DNA from: Fibrobacteria bacterium
GTDB taxonomy: Bacteria > Fibrobacterota > Fibrobacteria > UBA11236
Assembly (NCBI GenBank): GCA_043732185.1
Contig: JAYTHY010000034.1
Coordinates: 1 to 38,339, forward strand
Reading direction: 5' to 3'
DNA: 38,339 nucleotides
Every line of letters begins with the position of its first letter. Within the stretch, counting starts at the first letter, position 1. The translations under genes were made by a program, and so were the position numbers. Below the pieces are notes generated by a model. That model did no database searches. It was not told where the DNA came from and saw only the letters and a list, made by a program, of their open reading frames with translations. Positions 35,101 through 38,339 of this stretch are shown in pieces.

Positions 35101-37752
35101 CCAGTTATGGCGTAAATGAAAAGCCTTTAAGTTGTAATCGGTATTTGGTGTGCCATCGAAATGGATACGGGACGTATTCGACGAGTCGTCCCCGGTAGGC
35201 GTGCGCGGTAAAATTTTGAAATAGGTGGAATCGGGATCACCCAGAATATTGGCATAAGCTTGATTATTTATTTCAGCATCAATTAGTGGCTTTTGATTCG
35301 AGATAACCGAATAGGGCAAGGGCCAATTCATGGTGATAAGCGGCGGTGTAGCCTGGAAGGTGAAGAAAAACCGCTGGTTGCCGATTCGTCCTGCATTATT
35401 GAAGAAGTGCAAGGCCACGGCATTTTGTCCATCCATGTACACGGAGCTCAGATTCACCTTTGTCGTGTCGAGATAGTCTTTCGGACGAATTACCCAATTG
35501 CCTTTTGGATCTATGGGGTTTTCTACGGCGGTTAGAAACGGTTTGGTGTCCAAATTTTTGAAGACGTCGTATTTGCCATCGGCTCGGCGTGACCAAGTAA
35601 GCGAGAATCGATTGTAGTTAAAAACAATTCCGAATTGCTTCATCAAATCGGGGCGTAAATCGTCAACCGTAAAACGCAATTCCTCCGGGAAGCTCGTGAC
35701 CAGCAGCCCATCCGGGACCAGATAGCGTTTAGGATGACGAATAGGCACGGTGGAACCGGGCGCAAAGGTCCATTCATCCTGTTTAATAGCCATTTGGCTT
35801 TGCCAATCGGTGCGGGAGTAGTCGATTTCCGGTTGAGGTTTGACCACCTGGCATAACGATTTGCCTTTGCTATTCATCAACCCAATATCCCAATGATTGA
35901 TGGAGTCTACACTTAGGATTGAGGCATAAGGAGTTTCGTACAAGAAGTCTTCCATCAAGGTGGGCTGAGCCGATAGATCCTGCCCGGCAGGATTCTTTAT
36001 TGTAATCGTGGGGATGCGCTCTATGGTCGATTGGATGGTGGCGTAATCGTGTGAGGTAGCTAATACAGGAAGATCCGTTTTCAGTACATCTGTCCATGTA
36101 TTTGCTGCAGGGACGTTTGGGTAACTCGGCTGAAGTTTTTGTTGTTGTTGCATTTCATAATCCATGGCGGTAATTAACCCGAAAGCTATCGCGGGCTTTA
36201 AAAATCTTGTCCATGCCGTAGCTGGAAATGTCGCCGATTTATTTAGACCTACATAAATAGCCTGACGCAAATATCCATCTCTAACCATTTTTAGCGCACT
36301 ATTTAAGAGTATGCCTTCTAAGCCTAAAGCCTGTGCCCCATTGGCTGGAATACTGAATAAATGCCTACGAATATCAACTTTAGGCTCAGAGAACAGCGCT
36401 ACATTTTCGCCTTTGCTGCTGAATGCCGGAACAACAATTGTACCCTGGTTGCTAAAATTCATTTGGGCTAAAACGCCCAAGGCCGTTGACAAAAAAACAT
36501 TTTCGAAGATTTGTTCCGATGGTGTTGAAACATAGTCTTGCTGCGCCGATCCAAACGCAGCAACAATAGCGGATTGATAACTTTTTGGAATAATCGCCCC
36601 GGCAAAAGTACTACTGCCAACAAACGCTTTTGGATTCGCAGGCGAAATCATCCCCTCATTATGAAATAGGCGAAAAGCCGGAGATGGATATCCATTTCCA
36701 ATCTCTCGTAAGTTATTGATGCGGCGAAGCGGATCACTTTGAGGACTAAGATAAATATTGCCGCCATCTGAAAAGCCATACCCCATTGCCAATGTCATGA
36801 CTCCTGCTGATTTCGCAAGTATTTCTGTACTACCAAACAAAAAAGACGGCCAAACAAGCGCATCGGCAACGAAGTCCGAGGCTTTGTTATTACTAAAAGC
36901 AAGTATGGTACTTCCTAAGGCCAACTGCCCGGAAATTTGAATCGCATCTTTAATTAAAAAGTCTCCGCCATGATTGGCTAGAAGTTCACGATTTAGATCC
37001 ACAGCCCATGATCCTTCATGCGGGGTATCCAGAGTAATGACTTTATCGACATCGCCGGCATATTGACTGGATTGCACATATTCCCGCGTGGTCAAGCCGC
37101 CCATACTGTGGGCAATGATGATAAACCGCGATGGCACGAAATCCTTGCGTTGCAAGCGTAAATCCACCAAGGTCGGCGCCTTTCCCGCGCTATCTCGAAA
37201 ATGCTTGATCCAAAGCTTCACATCACGGTCGGCAGTAGGATCATTGGCTGCTTCTTTTAAAGATTCTCCTTCAAACCAACGAATCACCGCCTGTTCAAAA
37301 AAGCTGTGCAAGGTTTGCACGCCGGAAACTTGCACCGTATCTTTGACAATTTTACCGCCCTTTAACGAATAAACTAGCCTCTGGCCGTCACATTCACGTG
37401 CTATGGCGTAATTGCGATCCGCTAAATTGCCGACTTCTAAGTTTGGAGCCTCGCTGGCATCGCTAAATGCCTGGGCATAGGTCAAATTGAACGTTCCCGT
37501 AACCTGACTTTGCAAAGAGTCCGTCATGCCATGCGTTTTCCAAATATGCGCGGCACCGCCTTGATCATTGCATGCAAAGTCATCGGGATGAACATCACGA
37601 CTAGCTTTTGTGGATCGATACAAATCCCCCGTACGCGGATTAATTCCATGTTCTAGGATAATCAAGGTTTTTTGGATTGGTTCCATAGGTGCGCCAGCGC
37701 GGGCCACGGCGCAGAAAACTGCGATTGTTAAAAATAGTCGAACGAATTTCAT
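26170..37752 (-). CDS. Giant secreted multidomain protein, 3860 aa: alpha/beta-hydrolase (lipase/PGAP1-like), Ig-like and FlgD-like repeats, ZU5-like domain, DUF2341, LamG, two tandem C-terminal beta-sandwich domains
   Basis: Signal MKFVRLFLTIAVFCAVARA (ATG 37752 preferred to TTG 37764). Hydrolase motifs LEHGIN, IIAHSMGGL (37096-37113), VITLDTPHEGS. Ig markers D(A)AGN / DxxxP. FlgD-like FQGVDADGNALPDGEY. DUF2341-like TGFPVPLKL..DGSDL..LHWGN. LamG GWWHFN..DVSGYGNDG..FTLSAWV..WNHLAYVFD..GGIDEARI. Confidence 0.88.
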   Translation of the reverse strand: MKFVRLFLTIAVFCAVARAGAPMEPIQKTLIILEHGINPRTGDLYRSTKASRDVHPDDFACNDQGGAAHIWKTHGMTDSLQSQVTGTFNLTYAQAFSDASEAPNLEVGNLADRNYAIARECDGQRLVYSLKGGKIVKDTVQVSGVQTLHSFFEQAVIRWFEGESLKEAANDPTADRDVKLWIKHFRDSAGKAPTLVDLRLQRKDFVPSRFIIIAHSMGGLTTREYVQSSQYAGDVDKVITLDTPHEGSWAVDLNRELLANHGGDFLIKDAIQISGQLALGSTILAFSNNKASDFVADALVWPSFLFGSTEILAKSAGVMTLAMGYGFSDGGNIYLSPQSDPLRRINNLREIGNGYPSPAFRLFHNEGMISPANPKAFVGSSTFAGAIIPKSYQSAIVAAFGSAQQDYVSTPSEQIFENVFLSTALGVLAQMNFSNQGTIVVPAFSSKGENVALFSEPKVDIRRHLFSIPANGAQALGLEGILLNSALKMVRDGYLRQAIYVGLNKSATFPATAWTRFLKPAIAFGLITAMDYEMQQQQKLQPSYPNVPAANTWTDVLKTDLPVLATSHDYATIQSTIERIPTITIKNPAGQDLSAQPTLMEDFLYETPYASILSVDSINHWDIGLMNSKGKSLCQVVKPQPEIDYSRTDWQSQMAIKQDEWTFAPGSTVPIRHPKRYLVPDGLLVTSFPEELRFTVDDLRPDLMKQFGIVFNYNRFSLTWSRRADGKYDVFKNLDTKPFLTAVENPIDPKGNWVIRPKDYLDTTKVNLSSVYMDGQNAVALHFFNNAGRIGNQRFFFTFQATPPLITMNWPLPYSVISNQKPLIDAEINNQAYANILGDPDSTYFKILPRTPTGDDSSNTSRIHFDGTPNTDYNLKAFHLRHNWASGSLSKKGNLWLEITATTRRLDSLGRVTQGAHEIRRIPFTLDTALPILALGAPTIPVNPDNSPLFLRYTFDDAPVQELQNLRAQVRDKTGLVQYEFKPMAHVGGQSSAFAFQGVDADGNALPDGEYRFHLSARDAAVPDSAGLHTVQALLNLYPSLPAKEGKVTSEFDSVWNSLQSQPGFHFAEADSAFYLDRHKPEFQLTAHAALIKSGDYQAFRFHLSDLAPRDSATVRWQLTRKGFGTPEVLQTFETRHSLQSETLSSAPLLTVDEPPMSLFADGVYTFAVQVTDAAKNAQSFSDSTYNFRIDRAAPRVLNLVSSPQTFDSQHPASAAAITWQVDEAFDAPENRETDTGKFVARTQLKVKSPAGEYVLTPTWVPITGERNRFRAALPTTIPWASYKGRWAVELTVSDAVGNTTHATGDIWLDVRPPKITSPVADVPVFGHVGIMGLAENPSLTGSFSYYELAYRKLGDSTWRNSGISVPETRRGPGGQANRSLIAQSFIGSLATWDVTGLVKGESYQLVLRTAASTDSMQADTVEVQITTPESSFVDFKATLGNVPVVYAPRSGPVSFGVTLQQGPIGSTPKPEQIYAANLTLTDAAGNILLDQPKEAVKVSPFAGEPNNKDIAGVYLWNGVDLKWTLQVSKAPDSLKFLLQYFGVAAMPLQCSGGLQCQDLSVNKGSVDFPDEPALAYNRILQVTIAKGASGAAIFTLPTRAGLIILKARTPISAADTASPLLEATSFFAGQSRTLIFNHPEPGAPASIVPSFVINPAPYAFTTIWDGLRQNGMYPASGIAQLKATIRDAQSGQVREAESTFVIGKVPDSLSVSTDPSVFLWQPGSDLSRITLLYKLFGNPAYLTAGVRKQNGDTLITFFSDSLHQPRPSEYSLNWNGLLRDQSGAQLISAGQTLQFFVSARPTPGKSTPLSARDSMSFSVQSAHWREDTSLVLRVPEDEGHTFGSQTYVKALPKFTLAAEPMGQIADATQINYQVQYQGKQKALAYDAQRFNVWMQRTRDEFNVILVGKFQSRLKNYWNSFWHPTCQSASVYMERFFVIPLTFKKGQPITLPDFIYSPESESYVFRCREASCAPDLERTVSFYLLPGSQGLPPITTPQQYVDKKLGALYVAYDIQLFDSQIIQFGPVYSNGSWTSNPNGSAASYPAVGSWFRKTQLVPSTPLPGPDANCGFITDPTKGDHPGLDSNGNQIFDKGDRCADGINAYDPHDNLVEYNIEPSTPGGFPYNNEDPTLCTPDHNHTRLGFRLKLRVPDVYWNPPFGYNNLASRSMRWDPANAFLYDASNGYFMKDGKDNHSGARQDGALDYNGYITPFEKQIFSWLPFSQAAFVNTPGSGNQYAQYGPLSFGPDDHQDMGTRLKFGFNNNPEMGGSSKFVLRLTKSTCLNTFNLFNATQAVCSQSASDSLLGEWNSRDHAWTGHSQQISSLLFVDVPGLVRFRNYHFELALKAKPEEYSTLSGRSDSLPWPLSQPLDRPSQAGSEIKYRREYYPATSNLRFGIGDNLAEVNGLTPFLQPGSAYVDAAGCYRTPLDPAFVSPKSLPPSVVTGQNILTPLTRTLVSGLGSEFFYDDIEYFRKTGGAYSNQQGSEKFGQNVNITSAVPIQLLPTGLPYTEISVAGQNAMHFTGGSSRAWSGVEDPGLRGRDLDQDGIVDEDGLNANDADGDHLIAEDPRGAMVAKQIFPPQALSSTYELFRDLYRPSMAQLSHDTAALFQERPDNSVVYNSKISNLNFNPQLFYPDGSSHDEGFTATVGTSFGNPAATPVVVTRTSPLKKSKELITLLTNAKGSFDVSYLDVQGNLRNAFSGNGAGILSPRAFFDIKTLQGKTSLFLTQRQGGDSITYRKLDLQIGEPVNAGRDITSLYGDASVHFEPGVVPDSLFFTVRLSNLTETGLAQTNQLSVIGPVIEVKPSLVFDPSKPLPQVHIRLTRAQVGSLNLASLKIYKPDGENLVPLEQTRFAFYNDNVRICAETPDAVCTSNLWNIVDISGTATSFSHFLVLDASHAQAVNFTLTALPQISSDSLRNIRVTGLPMGAVRLYLDDDSIFADAEDATPPQALETSGFVTDSAGLTGQIQLPGKTGVYHVFAFAFGDSKIRQQTLELVQPMSFSYLGASIIPLGSESQNRPFITYAAGQAMHMTVRFYRFGLNIGSLDFPGTLPASQMGYANIPSEWGALLEEGHYQSILEARDLSGEFASVAGPDFWVDHTPPLVDLQVAFHTIGTGGTLTANVAMNDLQGDPFGVLSTYLGNEKISHEYFTSPNETINIFVTGAQFSAHLGDSLRLVLEVRDEVGNTTILTWSQPPLFLRRFQNFKLDGSFIDGTLTGFPVPLKLKNDSLGGFNFFGTQEDGSDLYVTLPDGKVLPQHVEYYRPNENEATLWIGFPSLKAGQDMYFTLHWGNKPEADYARNYAEYAPNGLNGWWHFNRELSAHDVSGYGNDGAVFGAAGFKGVTGEGFLSSSPGVGMRVPFNPSLAIDNAFTLSAWVYTDSLHRAKGEWFHRETKAENGIWSASLDSTRISMQIENQKTTVPAKLAWGWNHLAYVFDRNQYPDGRIYVNGRSFGTGVFSPGFEFGADTSSFFFGSTPDSTGFVGGIDEARISLLPRTSAWIRLEYELLKTGSQGVKPFGDTLPKPDEQIVDSLLSFENVKLWSFNFTPPRLDSNRTNGLWSLPISNRCDEVRLVSSPLAARPLGPKMQIDVNIPFGPRSSKNRGELEVDLNVPSLRMREVHLGEVQFRDLPQGSFQTLHWNIPCDVWNKLKSKPHADARLTLNVLVPEAKAVYLLDNIHFLPEGKEFTNRLSAYDVLNFESEGGWTSHSDSISLFPQPAEGVYALAVQLYASGNCKRHPHHHHTHDLNSAMMNYSGVDSVGEISVQLPSGLSSKPWKGEMRVYLDARSIGVCRSLAARLSFAGASENGYQIFRYTVPKSLLAKFKGKALSDFRIYLEVDLPEIEGQIQFDQIRFTGK

Positions 37753-38218
37753 GGTAAATCCCAATCAAGAGGTTTTTGAAAAAGTTGCCAGTGCGGGCCA
37801 CAATTGTGGGTTGAGTCAGAATGAATGTATTGAGTATTGCGGCTTGTTGTCCCATTTGCAATTGTAAACAAAGTATCGCCAATCAAAGTGTAATCCCCTC
37901 CCCCCCCCCTTGCTTTGTCGCTGTATCCATCACTGATTTAGTCTGACAATTGCACGCAAACGTATTACCCCCTTTTATTGAGAAGGTTCCAGAAAACTCC
38001 CCGAATTGAGATTGAAGATTTCCAAATTTTCCGTAGTACCGATTACTACTCGCAAAACACTGTTCATCACAACTTACTGTTAAATGCGTCGTCTCATACC
38101 AGCACCCCACAATTTGACTTTTGTTCAGCGGGGGATATTTTGGGCCGTCATTTGTGAACCAGTCGCAGGCGGTAAGTTGGAGTACAAAGGCCGCTATTCC
38201 GATTTTAATAGCATTCAT
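37749..38218 (-). pseudogene. Lipoprotein gene frameshifted at a G10 tract (111 aa as sequenced, stop at 37883; 155-156 aa if G8 or G11)
   Basis: ATG 38218 with GGAGA RBS; lipobox LTAC (MNAIKIGIAAFVLQLTA-C). After the G run another frame reads GDYTLIGDTLFTIANG...WDLP* and ends in an ATGA overlap with the giant gene. Confidence 0.75.
37900..37909. repeat. C10/G10 homopolymer inside the lipoprotein CDS
   Basis: Plus strand CCCCT-CCCCCCCCCC (37895-37909); the longest G/C run I noticed in the window. Confidence 0.9.
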
Positions 38219-38337
38219 GGTCTTTCTCCATGCGCCGTGAACGGCAATAAAATTCGACCATTCCATTTTCGATCGCTTCCCGATAATAACTCGCGAAAAA
38301 TCATCCAAGGTCCTTGCGAATCGCGGTAAACCAGGCG
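38215..38337 (-). CDS. 3' end of an upstream CDS running off the right edge of the window (unknown function)
   Basis: Open frame RLVYRDSQGPWMIFRELLSGSDRKWNGRILLPFTAHGERP* whose TGA overlaps the lipoprotein ATG (ATGA). Only 40 codons are visible. Confidence 0.55.
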   Translation of the reverse strand, partial: RLVYRDSQGPWMIFRELLSGSDRKWNGRILLPFTAHGERP

Positions 38338-38339
38338 AT

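Noticed and set aside
26170..37752. The giant protein as an RHS, RTX, CdiA or autotransporter protein
   Set aside because: No YD repeats or DPxG motif, no GGxGxD nonapeptides, no TPS domain and no recognisable C-terminal beta-barrel.
38219..38308. ORF-track upstream start of the lipoprotein
   Set aside because: ATG 38218 has an RBS and places the lipobox Cys at residue 18; the upstream bases belong to the preceding gene's frame.

Overview
Bacterial accessory-island-like window with three blocks. (1) 650-16815 is a compact trans-AT polyketide cluster. It encodes an Sfp-type PPTase, a geranylgeranyl-reductase-family flavoprotein, a hot-dog thioesterase, a standalone AT-ER (PksE/PfaD-like), a SnoaL/NTF2 protein and one 3558-aa PKS. 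The PKS has the unusual order DH-FkbH(N)-FkbM-FkbH-ACP-KS-KS-DH-KR-ACP-ACP, with no ACP between the two KS domains and no TE. (2) 17273-25821 (minus strand) is a type IV secretion/pilus operon. It encodes VirB2, VirB3/TraL, an apparent ATPase-less copy of the VirB4 N-terminal domain, VirB4, and two secreted paralogues that may be VirB5/TrbJ-like, one with a ~725-aa N-terminal extension. No core-complex, coupling-protein or relaxase genes are in the window. (3) 26170-38339 (minus strand) is an ATGA-coupled operon ending in a 3860-aa secreted protein with an N-terminal alpha/beta-hydrolase, a long Ig/FlgD stalk, DUF2341-LamG and two tandem C-terminal domains. The lipoprotein gene just upstream of it is frameshifted at a G10 tract. 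An identical 24-bp palindrome-containing sequence lies upstream of virB2 and at the left edge of the window, bracketing blocks 1 and 2. All assignments come from reading motifs by eye; no database searches were run.
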